From contig OZ245002.1 in assembly GCA_965223415.1 (NCBI GenBank), positions 3,840,001 through 3,904,000 on the forward strand: DNA of 64,000 bases, given 5' to 3'. Below are positions 42,730 to 52,574 of the stretch, piece after piece (position 1 is the stretch's first letter; each line of letters opens with the position of its first letter). The notes under the pieces were generated by a model that worked only from the letters and a program-made list of their open reading frames with translations, did no database searches and had not been told where the DNA came from. Source of the DNA: Myxococcota bacterium (GTDB lineage: Bacteria; Myxococcota_A; UBA9160; UBA6930). Position numbers and translations under genes: made by a program.

Positions 42730-43274
42730 GACACACTCCTAACGCACTTCCGTGCAAATTGATGTGTCTACGAAACCGGGGCAAGCTCAAGACCGAAGCG
42801 AAGGGGGCGAAACGGCACACCGTGAGCCTAGAGACTCTGCGGGCCATCTTACCCGTCCGTGCGAGAAGGACCCCGTCCCGGCCGAAGTTCCGGCGCGACG
42901 AACCGTTGGCTAGCCTGAATTCCTCTTGGCAATCCAACACATCGACGAAGGTCTCTGGGAACTCAGGAGGCACTCCCGGTTCGCCCGTCAAAGAATCCCA
43001 GCCAGAACCACACTCGTGCGACTCGCGCACGGCGGCTTCGGTCGATTGCTTCTTCGTTCGGGACATCTCGACACTCTCCTCGGGGGCCATCGCCCCCTGA
43101 AAGTGTCTCTTAGCTCAGGGGCCTTCGGAGTCCGAATCCTGCTGACGGGCTACACGAAGCGACGAACCGCTTCATGCACGATGCGGGCCTGCGATCCCGG
43201 TGCGACTCGCGCCCACCCGCTGGCCCGAGGCGAACGCGCGCGTCGGCGCCGAGGTGAGCCATCCGGCGTTGCCG

Positions 43275-43904
43275 CTAGCGTCGCCCCGAGCCCGCCATCC
43301 CCGCCAGCACGACTGCAACGCCGAGCCCGGCCAGCGAGAGGCCGAGGACGACCGTTCCGGGAAGCGCCCCGACGGCGGCTCGCGGCACGAGTTCGGCAGG
43401 GCTCTCGAGCGGGCTCGGATGGGTCGACAGCTTGACGAGCCACGCCAGCGCCTGGGTCGCGAAGAGGTAGACGTACACCCGGCGAAGTCGCCGCGCCGCG
43501 GCCCTGGTGAGGGGCATGGTCGGCGCGGTCGCGCCGAGGTGGGGCGTGAGCTCGGCCTCGAGCTCGTCCAGGGCGACCGTCGCCGAGCTCTCGGCTCCCC
43601 CGACCGCCGCCGCCCGTGCGATCAAGCCTCGCTCGAGGATCAGCGCCCGCTGCTGCCACAGGTGGTAGAAGGTCAGGCGCCGCGCCTCGAGGAGCAGGAA
43701 GATGACGGTGAGGAAGGCGGCGATGTAGACGACGTAGTGCGGAGAGGTCCGGTCGCCGAGGGCGAAGGAGGTGACCGCGGCGGTCGTGCCGATCGCCCAG
43801 TTCGTGGTGGTGTCCATCCGCATCCGCCAGATGTCGGCTCGTCCGACCATCGCGCGGTAGTAGTGGATCAGGATCGTGGCACGGGTGCCGTCCTCGATCT
43901 TCAT
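43275..43904 (-). CDS. DUF2270 family membrane protein
   Basis: HYYRA...WRMRMDTTTNWA, LEARR. Confidence 0.85.
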   Translation of the reverse strand: MKIEDGTRATILIHYYRAMVGRADIWRMRMDTTTNWAIGTTAAVTSFALGDRTSPHYVVYIAAFLTVIFLLLEARRLTFYHLWQQRALILERGLIARAAAVGGAESSATVALDELEAELTPHLGATAPTMPLTRAAARRLRRVYVYLFATQALAWLVKLSTHPSPLESPAELVPRAAVGALPGTVVLGLSLAGLGVAVVLAGMAGSGRR

Positions 43905-44011
43905 CGTCGAGTGATTTCCCCCTGGTGTTCCGGACGGTACCGAAGGAAAGGGGGACCCTGCTGCCGCGCTCAGAAGCGCCGCCCGCCGAGGCCTGGCATC
44001 CTCGCTGCCCC

Positions 44012-46249
44012 ATGAAGCGGCTCCTCCTCGCATCCCTCATCCTGCTCGTTCTCGTCGTGGGCGTGGGCATCCTCGCTGCCCTCGGCGGGTTCGGCCGCAC
44101 CCAGGACCGCGGTGTCCTCACCGCGGCCCCGAGGGATGCCTCCGTGGTGGCGGAGCGGGGCGCGCGGCAGGATCGTGCTCGGACCGCGCTGGGCGTCGCC
44201 AGAGCGAAGCAGATCCTGTTCGGCGATCTGCACGTCCACACCACCTACTCGCTCGACGCCTTCTCGGTGAGTCTTCCCATGGCCGGAGGCGAAGGCAGTC
44301 ACCCGCCCGGCGATGCCTGCGACTTCGCGCGCTTCTGCTCGGCCCTCGACTTCTGGTCCATCAACGACCACGCCGAGAGCCTCACGCCCTACCACTGGCA
44401 GGAGACCAAGGAAGCTGTGCGGCAGTGCAACGCGGTGGCCGGCGATCCCGCGAACCCGGACCTCGTGACCTTCCTGGGCTGGGAGTGGACCCAGATCGGC
44501 ACCACCGCCGAGGACCACTACGGCCACAAGAACGTGGTCCTGCTCGGCACGGCGGACGACGAGGTGCCCACCCGGCCGATCGCGTCCCGGCGCGAGCTCT
44601 TCCCGGCCATCAATCCCTTCAGTCTTCCCGTTCGCATGGCGCTCATCGCTGCTGCGCCGGGTGGGGGAGGGCGCCAGCCGTACCTCGACTTCGCCCGCTA
44701 CCTGGAGGACCGGGCGTCGGTTCCCCCGTGTCCCCCGGGCGAGGACGTGCGTACCCTTCCCGCGGATTGCGCCGAGAGCGCGGCGACGCCGAGCGAGCTC
44801 TTCGCGCGGCTCGACCAGTGGGGCTTCCCGCGGCTCGTCATTCCCCACGGCAACACCTGGGGCATCTACACGCCGCCGCGCTCGAGCTGGGACAAGCAGC
44901 TGCGTGCCCACGAGGACCCGGAGCGGGACGAGTTCCTGATCGAGGTGTTCTCGGGCCACGGGAACATCGAGGCCTATCGGAGCTGGCGTGCCCTGGACGA
45001 GGGCCCGGACGGGAGGCTCCATTGCCCGGCACCGCGGGACGACTACCTGCCCTCGTGCTGGCAGGCCGGCGAGATCATTCGCACGCGTTGTCTCGCGGCC
45101 GGCGAGGGCGAGGAGGAATGCGAGCGCCGCGCCGTCCTCGCCAGGGCCCACCACGTGGAGGGGCGGGATGCCGGCCACCAGACGGTGCCGGGGGCCACGG
45201 TCGAGGAGTGGCTCGACGCCGGCCAGTGTCGGGACTGCTATCTCCCAGCCTTCAACTACCGCCCGGCCGGCTCGGTCCAGTACGCCCTGGCCCTGCGCGA
45301 CCGGAACACGCCGGATGCGCCGAAGCGCTTCCGCTTCGGCCTGCTCGGCTCGAGCGACGTCCACAGCGCGCGCCCGGGCAACGGCTACAAGGAGTTCGCG
45401 CGGCGGCGCATGAGCGACGCCAACCTCGGGGCCGTCGGCGGCAGCGCCCTGCTGCCCGAGCAGGAGCCCGTGCCCCACTCGGTTCCGCTCCAGCCGGGCG
45501 CCACCGTGGCCCCGGAGTTCGAGCGCTTCACGTCCTTCTTCGGCCTCGGCGGGCTCGTCGCCGTGCACAGCGAAGGCCGCGACCGCCAGGCGATCTGGGA
45601 CGCCCTCGAGCGCCGCGAGGTCTACGGGACCAGCGGCGGACGGATCCTCCTCTGGTTCGATCTCGAGGGCGAGGAGCGTCCGATCCCGATGGGCTCGTCC
45701 GTCGAGGGCTCCCGGGCGCCCCGCTTCTCCGTGCGGGCCCTGGGCGCCTTCGAGCAGAAGCCGGGCTGCCCGCCCGACGTGGTGGGCTCTCTTTCCGCCG
45801 ACCGGATCGCCCGCCTGTGTGCGGGCGAGTGCTACCACCCCTCCGATCGCCGCCATCCCATCGACCGGATCGAGGTGGTGCGCATCCGCCCGCAGGTGTC
45901 TGCCGACGAGGACGTGGCCGCCCTCATCGAGGACCCGTGGAGGGTCCTCCCGTGCGCCGATGCCGGCTCCGCCGGCTGCCAGGTGTCCTTCGAGGACGCC
46001 TCTTTCCCCGGCGCGGGCCGGGACACGGTCTACTACGTGCGCGCCCACCAGGCCGCAACGCCCACCGTCAACGCCGGCAACCTGCGCTGCCGCACCGACG
46101 AGGAGGGGGCCTGCGTGGCGATCGATCCCTGTACCGTCGACGGCAAGACCCCGACTGACGACGACTGCCTCGCGCCGGCCGAGGAGCGGGCCTGGTCCTC
46201 ACCGATCTTCGTGGATTTCGCGGAGGGGGAAGGCCCCCCGGACACCTGA
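44012..46249 (+). CDS. DUF3604 family (PHP-like) protein
   Basis: FGDLHVHTTYSLDA, INDHAE, GWEWT, IPHG, GSSDVH, EVYGTSG, ERAWSSPI. Confidence 0.88.
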   Translation: MKRLLLASLILLVLVVGVGILAALGGFGRTQDRGVLTAAPRDASVVAERGARQDRARTALGVARAKQILFGDLHVHTTYSLDAFSVSLPMAGGEGSHPPGDACDFARFCSALDFWSINDHAESLTPYHWQETKEAVRQCNAVAGDPANPDLVTFLGWEWTQIGTTAEDHYGHKNVVLLGTADDEVPTRPIASRRELFPAINPFSLPVRMALIAAAPGGGGRQPYLDFARYLEDRASVPPCPPGEDVRTLPADCAESAATPSELFARLDQWGFPRLVIPHGNTWGIYTPPRSSWDKQLRAHEDPERDEFLIEVFSGHGNIEAYRSWRALDEGPDGRLHCPAPRDDYLPSCWQAGEIIRTRCLAAGEGEEECERRAVLARAHHVEGRDAGHQTVPGATVEEWLDAGQCRDCYLPAFNYRPAGSVQYALALRDRNTPDAPKRFRFGLLGSSDVHSARPGNGYKEFARRRMSDANLGAVGGSALLPEQEPVPHSVPLQPGATVAPEFERFTSFFGLGGLVAVHSEGRDRQAIWDALERREVYGTSGGRILLWFDLEGEERPIPMGSSVEGSRAPRFSVRALGAFEQKPGCPPDVVGSLSADRIARLCAGECYHPSDRRHPIDRIEVVRIRPQVSADEDVAALIEDPWRVLPCADAGSAGCQVSFEDASFPGAGRDTVYYVRAHQAATPTVNAGNLRCRTDEEGACVAIDPCTVDGKTPTDDDCLAPAEERAWSSPIFVDFAEGEGPPDT

Positions 46250-48748
46250 TCAGGGCCTAGGCCCCTGCTCCTCGCTCTCGTCCGGCAGGGCTCCGAAGCC
46301 GATCTCGCCCAGCGACGGGTCGGCTCCGATCTTGAGGCGCAGTGCCGGCGGCCAGTCGAACACGATGTCCGCGCGGACGGGACCGATCGAGAAACGGGTG
46401 TGAAGGGGGCCCGGCTCCCACGCGGGTAGCTTCACGTGTTGGATCTCCGGGGCGCGGTCCGGGTGAACCGTGACGAGGTGGACGCCGCCTTCCTCCGAAT
46501 CCGCCACGTCGTCGAGGCGAACGTCCCTGCCGTCGCCGACGGCCCGGAACTCTCGCAGCCACTTCGGCGGAGCGCTGCTGCGGAACGGCAGGAGATGCAG
46601 GAAGGGCTTCTTCGTCCACCGGAACTCGTCCGGTGTCCAGCGGCGCCCGGCCGTCTCCCAGGCGATCTGCCCCTCGTCGTTGGCCCAGTGAAGCTCTGGA
46701 TCCGTCACGTTGTTGTGCCCGAAAAAGAGCGCGTCGATGCCGCAGGCGCGGCAATCACCCGCCCGCATGTGGTGGTCGATGAGGCTCACGAGGCCTTCTG
46801 CTCCGTACCACTCACCGACGGGCTCGAAGCCCCAGGGCGTGATCGAGCGCCGCATCCACTCCTCCTGCAAGCGAATCAGCACGCTGCCGTTCACGAGCCG
46901 CGTCCCGTGGTGCATGAGCGGCGTGACGCCGGGCAGCCAGGTGTCCCACCAGGGCGATTGGAGGAGGCCGAGGTAGCCGCCGGTCCACAGGCTCCCGAGG
47001 ACGTCGATCTCGTCGTAGAGGCCGAACTGGCCGCTGCCGCGCTCCTTCGGCGTGTAGCCGCGCGGGTCGTGGTGCATGAAGAGGAACTGGTGGCCCTTCG
47101 GCTCCGAGGCCGACCGGCGGCCGAGCTGGGTGAGGGAGCGATCGAGCCAATCGAGATCCCGATGGCCCACGCCGCCGCCCCAGTTCAACGAGGCGCCACC
47201 CGTGGTGGAGCGTTCCTCCGGGCGGAGCCCGTAGGAATTCAGGCCGAAGAACCCGTGACCGCGAAACCGAAACGCGTAGGATGTGGCGCCCAGCGCGTAC
47301 TCCCACTCGACCAGTCCGTCGTAGCGTGGCTCGTTGCGGAATGGTGCCGGCGACGGAGGCCGGAAGAGGATCGGCATGTCGCCCACGACGCGATCGAGCA
47401 TGCGACGAACGCCGAGGGGGAAGGGCGCGATCGCCAGGTTGACGACGCCGCCGTAGCCCACGAACCCGTCGTGGTTGCCCGGCACCGCGACGAAGGGCCG
47501 CTCGAAGCCGCGAATCGCCCCAGCCAGGCGGGGATACTCCTCGGAGTAGACCGAAAGCGGCGGCGCCAGCCCGAGCATGTTCGTCACCATGGACATGATG
47601 GCACTGCCCGCCTCCCCATCCGCCAGATCGCCGGCGAGCAGGACGAAGGAGATCGCGTCGATTCCCGCGTTCTCGAGGGGGCGGCGGAAGGGATCCTCCT
47701 TGTTCTCGATCATCTCGAAGACCCGGCGTAGGCGCCTCGCACTCTTGCTGTCCTGGACGTCCCCAGTCACCGCGAACATGAAGGGAGCCTCGTCCACACC
47801 GTCGTCGAGCAGAACGCCTGCCGGTGACAGGTCCCGGAAGTAGAGAGCCTCGAGCGCCGCGACGACGTCCTGCTCGTCTCCGCTCGCCGCCGCGGCGACG
47901 ACGTCGCTGAGGCGGGGCCAGAAGTGCTTCATCGGGTGATTGCAGGTGTCGTAGGAGAGCCGCAGGGCCTTCCGGAGCGGCCGTCGGGCGCACTGGAACA
48001 CCCGCGACACGTCGTCGACGAGGGTGGTCCACTCGTCCGCGCCTTCGTCGAGGTATCCGCGGAGGGCTGCGAGGTCTCCCGTTCGCAGTGCGGCCTCGAA
48101 GGGGTTCGCATCCGTCCGGGGTGCGAAGCGCGGTACGGCGCGGAGCCAGTAGTAGCCGCCCGGTAGGTCCTCCGATCCGATCCGAAGCACGTAGGCCCGT
48201 AGGTCCCGGTCCGGGTGGACCACGAGCTGGCTCCGCTCGAAGACAAACTCGATGTCGGATTCGGACCACACGTCGGTTGGGGCGATCGCGATCCCCTGTC
48301 CCTCCGCCGCCGGCTCCAGCCAGAACGAAGTCAACCGCCCATCGAAACGAACGCGGGTCGGCCGTTCGGCGAATCGCTCCCGACGTCCCGTCGCGACACC
48401 GTCGTCTTCGAGGATCCAGGGGACGTACCACGCGCCGCCGCAACGCTCTGCGAACGCCGGACTCACGAGGCGCGGGAAGAGCTGGAGCGGCGGGTGCTCG
48501 GGGAGGCGGATCTGCTTCCTGCGCGGAAGCGCGAGATCCCCGAGCCCGAGCATGGCGTCGCGAAGAGCTGCGCGGGCACAGGAGGCGGCGTCCGCTGGCG
48601 GGCCGGTCGGCGTCTGGGAGGCGATCGAAGCCTCGGCACGCAGGGGGAAGGTGCCCGCAGGCGCGACCTGCCCCCACGGCTCGATCGTGGCACAGCCTGG
48701 AAGCAGTCCCGTCGTCACGAGGACTGCGACGATCTTCGCGCCTCTCAT
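46250..48748 (-). CDS. Large putative lipoprotein with a calcineurin-like metallophosphoesterase domain
   Basis: LLPGC lipobox-like; GDVQ, AGDLADG, PGNHDG, MHHDP, FGHNN. Confidence 0.7.
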   Translation of the reverse strand: MRGAKIVAVLVTTGLLPGCATIEPWGQVAPAGTFPLRAEASIASQTPTGPPADAASCARAALRDAMLGLGDLALPRRKQIRLPEHPPLQLFPRLVSPAFAERCGGAWYVPWILEDDGVATGRRERFAERPTRVRFDGRLTSFWLEPAAEGQGIAIAPTDVWSESDIEFVFERSQLVVHPDRDLRAYVLRIGSEDLPGGYYWLRAVPRFAPRTDANPFEAALRTGDLAALRGYLDEGADEWTTLVDDVSRVFQCARRPLRKALRLSYDTCNHPMKHFWPRLSDVVAAAASGDEQDVVAALEALYFRDLSPAGVLLDDGVDEAPFMFAVTGDVQDSKSARRLRRVFEMIENKEDPFRRPLENAGIDAISFVLLAGDLADGEAGSAIMSMVTNMLGLAPPLSVYSEEYPRLAGAIRGFERPFVAVPGNHDGFVGYGGVVNLAIAPFPLGVRRMLDRVVGDMPILFRPPSPAPFRNEPRYDGLVEWEYALGATSYAFRFRGHGFFGLNSYGLRPEERSTTGGASLNWGGGVGHRDLDWLDRSLTQLGRRSASEPKGHQFLFMHHDPRGYTPKERGSGQFGLYDEIDVLGSLWTGGYLGLLQSPWWDTWLPGVTPLMHHGTRLVNGSVLIRLQEEWMRRSITPWGFEPVGEWYGAEGLVSLIDHHMRAGDCRACGIDALFFGHNNVTDPELHWANDEGQIAWETAGRRWTPDEFRWTKKPFLHLLPFRSSAPPKWLREFRAVGDGRDVRLDDVADSEEGGVHLVTVHPDRAPEIQHVKLPAWEPGPLHTRFSIGPVRADIVFDWPPALRLKIGADPSLGEIGFGALPDESEEQGPRP

Positions 48749-48902
48749 CTCACGCTCTCCTTGCAGCCCGGCACGGGGATGTGCGACATCCTACGCGCTC
48801 TCCGGACCCGTGGAATCACCTAAACCGGGCGGACCTGCCGGGGCCGGGCCAGTCCCGAGCCCGCACGACTGCGTGCCGAGCCCGCGGCCCTATTCTCGAG
48901 CC

Positions 48903-49835
48903 ATGTCCCCTGGCGATCGGCGAGGACCGACGGACTCGGAGGTCGGCGAGCCCGAGGCGCGTGCCCTCGTGGCGCAGCTGGCGCCCGAGCTCGCCGACGA
49001 GAGGCTCCAACGCGCGGCGCACGGAGTCGAGAAGCAGGTGTGGCTCGTCGGCTCGCGTCACATGCTCCGCCTTCCCCGGTCTGCCCGGGCGGCGCGGCGG
49101 ATGGAGGTCGAGCGACGTGTGCTCCGGCGCATCCACGGGTGCCTGCCCCTTCCCACGCCCGAGCTTCTCGCCGTCTCCGAGGCACCCGACGCCGACCTGT
49201 GTCGCCGCGCGCCGGGGCGCCCCCTCGACTGGCGGGAGTGGGCGGCCCTCCCGATGACGACACGACGCGCCGTGCGGGCTCCGTTCGGCGAGTTCCTCGC
49301 GTCGCTCCACGCCGCGATGTCCCTCGAAGAGGCGAGAGGTCTGGGCGTGCGGGAGCTCCTCTGGCCTCCCATCGAGCAGGTGCGCGAGGTGCTCGATGGC
49401 CGCATGGGCGAGCCGGCCCGCGAGGCCCTGCTCGAGGGCGTGCTCGATGCCGCTCCGCGCTTCCAGCGGGAGCCCCGGGAGAAAGTGCTCCTGCACGGAG
49501 ATCTCTCCCACCACAACATCGCCTTCGACGCGGAGAGCCTGAGACCCACCGGCGTGTTCGACTTCGCGGACGTGTCGGTCGGCGATGCCCACCGCGACCT
49601 GCGCTACGACCCGGGCCTCGAGGAGGGGGACGACACGGCGGTGCGCGCCTACGAACGCGCGCGGGGAGGCGGTGTCTCGATCTCGCGGCCCCTGCAGCGT
49701 GCATGGCATGCCTGGTCGGCGCTCGCCAATCTCGCCTGGTCGCTCCGCAACGAGGGCGAGGAGCTGCAGCGCGCCCGCTTCGGCTGGGTGGACGCGGTCG
49801 CGGCGTGGGACCGGCGGTTCCTGGACGAGCTCTGA
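48903..49835 (+). CDS. Aminoglycoside phosphotransferase (APH) family kinase
   Basis: LHGDLSHHN, GVFDFAD. Confidence 0.85.
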   Translation: MSPGDRRGPTDSEVGEPEARALVAQLAPELADERLQRAAHGVEKQVWLVGSRHMLRLPRSARAARRMEVERRVLRRIHGCLPLPTPELLAVSEAPDADLCRRAPGRPLDWREWAALPMTTRRAVRAPFGEFLASLHAAMSLEEARGLGVRELLWPPIEQVREVLDGRMGEPAREALLEGVLDAAPRFQREPREKVLLHGDLSHHNIAFDAESLRPTGVFDFADVSVGDAHRDLRYDPGLEEGDDTAVRAYERARGGGVSISRPLQRAWHAWSALANLAWSLRNEGEELQRARFGWVDAVAAWDRRFLDEL

Positions 49836-49843
49836 GCCCTGCC

Positions 49844-50737
49844 CTAGGGAACCGGCCAGGTATCCGGTGACCAGATCTCCTGGTCCTCGCCATGGCAGCC
49901 GCCGCCCGCGCCGGACCAGCGCGTCAGGCTCATCCACGCGAACTGGCCCGGGGTCGCCTGCTTCGCGAGGCGGGAGAGGCACTCGCCCTCCACTTCGAGG
50001 CCGCGGCCGGCCTCGTCGGTCGCCTCGAGGGCGACCCGCTCCGGGTAGCCCCGCGTGCTGCGTTCGAGGACCCGACGCCGTCCGCCGACGAGGAGCTTCT
50101 TCTCTCCATCGCGCACCAGGAAGCCCGCGACGATGCGCTCCTCGCCCTCCAGCTCGAAGGCGTAGGCCAGGAACGACTCGTCCCGGCCGGTGATGCCGTA
50201 GCTGTAGGCGCCGCGGGTGCGGCGCAGGTCGTCCCGCGGGCCCCAGGAGCGGTCGCGCATCTCGAAGCCGTCGATGGCGATCTCCTCGCCGCAAAGGCTC
50301 AGGCGGCCGGTGACGTGGCAGGGCTGGTCCAGGTGGCCCTGCTCTGGCGACACTCGCGCTGCGTGGACCGGGATCAGGCCCCGGTACTCGAGGTCGAGGG
50401 CGATGCGATCGCCATCGCGGTAGGTCACCTGGTAGGCGCGGAGCGGCTCGAGCCGGCGGATCCGCAGGCCCGCGATCTCGATGTCGGTGAGCTCCGCTTC
50501 CGGCATCGGGACGTGCCAGAGCCAGCGCGCGTAGCGGGCGCGCCAAGGCTCGAAGGCGCCCGCATCCCAGACCGCCACGCCCAGGGCGCAGACCCGGAGC
50601 TGGCTGCGGAAGAGGGGGTAGAGGGTGCCGGCCAGGCCGCGCTCCGGCGCGGAGAAGGCGAACCAGGAGGTCTCCGCCCAGGTCGGATCGGGCTCCGTGG
50701 GCGGATGGAAGAGGTCGTCCTTCTCGGTGGCCGTCAT
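49844..50737 (-). CDS. Hypothetical protein (AttH/tocopherol-cyclase-like beta fold suspected)
   Basis: WAETSWF, GHLDQP, MRDRSWGPR; overlaps the upstream kinase gene. Confidence 0.6.
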   Translation of the reverse strand: MTATEKDDLFHPPTEPDPTWAETSWFAFSAPERGLAGTLYPLFRSQLRVCALGVAVWDAGAFEPWRARYARWLWHVPMPEAELTDIEIAGLRIRRLEPLRAYQVTYRDGDRIALDLEYRGLIPVHAARVSPEQGHLDQPCHVTGRLSLCGEEIAIDGFEMRDRSWGPRDDLRRTRGAYSYGITGRDESFLAYAFELEGEERIVAGFLVRDGEKKLLVGGRRRVLERSTRGYPERVALEATDEAGRGLEVEGECLSRLAKQATPGQFAWMSLTRWSGAGGGCHGEDQEIWSPDTWPVP

Positions 50738-51828
50738 CGCGGGTCTTTCCAGGGCGGGAGCCGGCCCACCATCGCCCGCAGGGTCGGATCCGTCTCCTGG
50801 CGGCGCCGGGCCTCCTCCTCGAAGGCGTCCAGTCCCGTGTTGAGGCAGCCGGCCTCGCGCAACGCGCGCGGCATGAGCACGCCGAGCAGGGGAAGCAGGA
50901 GGGCGTGGACCGTGGTGTCCATGGGCCCGGCGTCGCCCGCCGCGCTCGCGTGGGCCAGGGCGATCTCGCAGGAGATCGCCATGCGCAGCATGACGAGTGC
51001 CCGATAGAAGGCGATGCGGTCTCCGTCGAGGGGGATCCCGGTCTCCCCGGACCAGGCGGTCAAGGCGGTGCTCCACTCGCGCCCGGCCAGATGGGAGCGG
51101 ACCCGCACCCAGGCCAGGTCGTCGTGGGGATCACCGAGGTGGGCGAACTCCCAGTCGAGGAGCGCCGTGACCCGGCGGCCGTCGTGGAGGAAGTTGCCGT
51201 GGCCCGCGTCGCCGTGACAGAGCGCCGTGCGCTCCACCTGCTCCGGCGCGTTCCGGTCGAGCCAGCCCGCGGCGAAGCGCATCAGCTCCGAGGGCCGAGG
51301 GACCTTGTCCTGCTGGAAGCGGGTCCAGCGCGCGAGCTCGAGCCGCGCGTGGTCTTCCGCGGTCCGCGGCCGGGCCATGTCGCCGAGGGAGAGCCCCGCC
51401 GGCTCGACGGCGTGGAGCTCGGCCAGGGCGCGGCCGAAGTCCCGCTCGATCTCCTCGAGCTCGGCGGGGGACAGCTCCGCCAGGTTCTCCGTGCCCGCGG
51501 CTCGCTCGATGAGCAGCGAGAGCCCGTCCGCCGATTCGGCCAGCAGGCGGGGGATCCGCACCGGGCGGTCGGCGAGGGCGCGGTACACCACCGCCTCGTG
51601 GGCCAGGTCGATCTCCGTCCCCGAGAGCGGACCGTCGCCGCTGTCGTGGCGCAGCACGAGCTCCCGGCGCGAGCCGTCGTCGCACTCCACGTCGACGAGG
51701 AAGGTGAGGCGCGACGAGCCCACAGGCGCCCGGTCGAATCGCACGACCCGGCCGCCCGCCGCTTCGCCGGCGAAGCGGCGCAGGCCCCTCTCTCCGTCCG
51801 CACGGTCCGCACCGTCTGCACGCGCCAA
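50734..51828 (-). CDS. Phosphotransferase family protein (APH/ACAD10-kinase-like)
   Basis: LAELH, CHGDAGHGN, LLDWE, GDPHDDLAW. Confidence 0.85.
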   Translation of the reverse strand: MARADGADRADGERGLRRFAGEAAGGRVVRFDRAPVGSSRLTFLVDVECDDGSRRELVLRHDSGDGPLSGTEIDLAHEAVVYRALADRPVRIPRLLAESADGLSLLIERAAGTENLAELSPAELEEIERDFGRALAELHAVEPAGLSLGDMARPRTAEDHARLELARWTRFQQDKVPRPSELMRFAAGWLDRNAPEQVERTALCHGDAGHGNFLHDGRRVTALLDWEFAHLGDPHDDLAWVRVRSHLAGREWSTALTAWSGETGIPLDGDRIAFYRALVMLRMAISCEIALAHASAAGDAGPMDTTVHALLLPLLGVLMPRALREAGCLNTGLDAFEEEARRRQETDPTLRAMVGRLPPWKDPR

Positions 51829-51875
51829 CGAGCGCTCCTTCGCCGGGTGCAGACGCTAGCTCAGGGCAGGGCGGC

Positions 51876-52574
51876 CTACGCGGTCGCCCGCGACAGCTCG
51901 GCGTCGATCCCCGCGCGCATGGCCGCCAGGGCCTCCCGGCGCGCCCGGAGCTTCGTGCCCGCGTGGGCCTCCATGTCGAGGGCCGTGAGTCTCTGTGCTT
52001 CGGAGAGAGCCGCTTCCCGCAGCTCGTCCGGATCGACCACTGCGTCCAGGAAGCCGGCTCTCTCTGCCTCAGCGGGGCCGTAGAGGGCGCCGGTCGTGGT
52101 GGCGTGGTCGAACCAACGGGCGGAGAGCCGCTGGCGTGCGATCTCGACGCCGTAGATCGGCATGGTGAGACCGATCGCCACCTCGTTGAGGCCGATCTTG
52201 AAGTCGCCGGCGGCACCGACGCGCACGTCGGCGGCGAGCAGCAGGAACGCACCCTGGGCGATCGCGTGGCCAGTGCACGCGGCGACGACCGGGCGCGGGA
52301 AGCCGAGGATCCGGTGGACCAGCTCGCCGCCGGCCCGGATGGTGCGGACGATCTCGCCCCGCTCGCGACCGAACATGGCCATGTCGTAGCCCGCGGAGAA
52401 GAGTCCCGGCCGGCCCTCCAGGAGCACGACCGCGCTGTCAGCCTCGGCGCGGTCGAAGGCCGCGGCGAGGGCCGTCTGCATGGCCTCGGACATCACGTTG
52501 GCCTTGCCGTCGTCCATGCGGATCGTGGCGATCGATCCCAGCCGCTCGTAGGTCACCGGAGTCGAAGTCGTCAT
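51876..52574 (-). CDS. Crotonase/enoyl-CoA isomerase family protein
   Basis: MDDGKAN, FSAGYD, TGHAIAQG, GLNEVAIG. Confidence 0.88.
   Translation of the reverse strand: MTTSTPVTYERLGSIATIRMDDGKANVMSEAMQTALAAAFDRAEADSAVVLLEGRPGLFSAGYDMAMFGRERGEIVRTIRAGGELVHRILGFPRPVVAACTGHAIAQGAFLLLAADVRVGAAGDFKIGLNEVAIGLTMPIYGVEIARQRLSARWFDHATTTGALYGPAEAERAGFLDAVVDPDELREAALSEAQRLTALDMEAHAGTKLRARREALAAMRAGIDAELSRATA

Larger units (their letters stand above)
41470..42789 (-). mobile_element. IS3-family insertion sequence (1320 bp)
   Basis: TG...CA ends; 26-bp IRs tggccctgccccgatctcgtagacac / tgagcttgccccggtttcgtagacac (21/26); no target duplication visible. Confidence 0.9.
34351..43154. mobile_element. Degraded genomic island downstream of tRNA-Pro (defence operon plus IS elements)
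   Basis: Visibly lower GC and atypical codons starting right after the tRNA; three complete IS elements and remnants; right boundary approximate. Confidence 0.7.

Noticed and set aside
43155..43274. attR duplicate of the tRNA-Pro 3' end
   Set aside because: No convincing copy of ccaccccgacca seen by eye
48903..49835. Aminoglycoside resistance gene
   Set aside because: Only generic APH-fold motifs; no mobile context; substrate cannot be inferred
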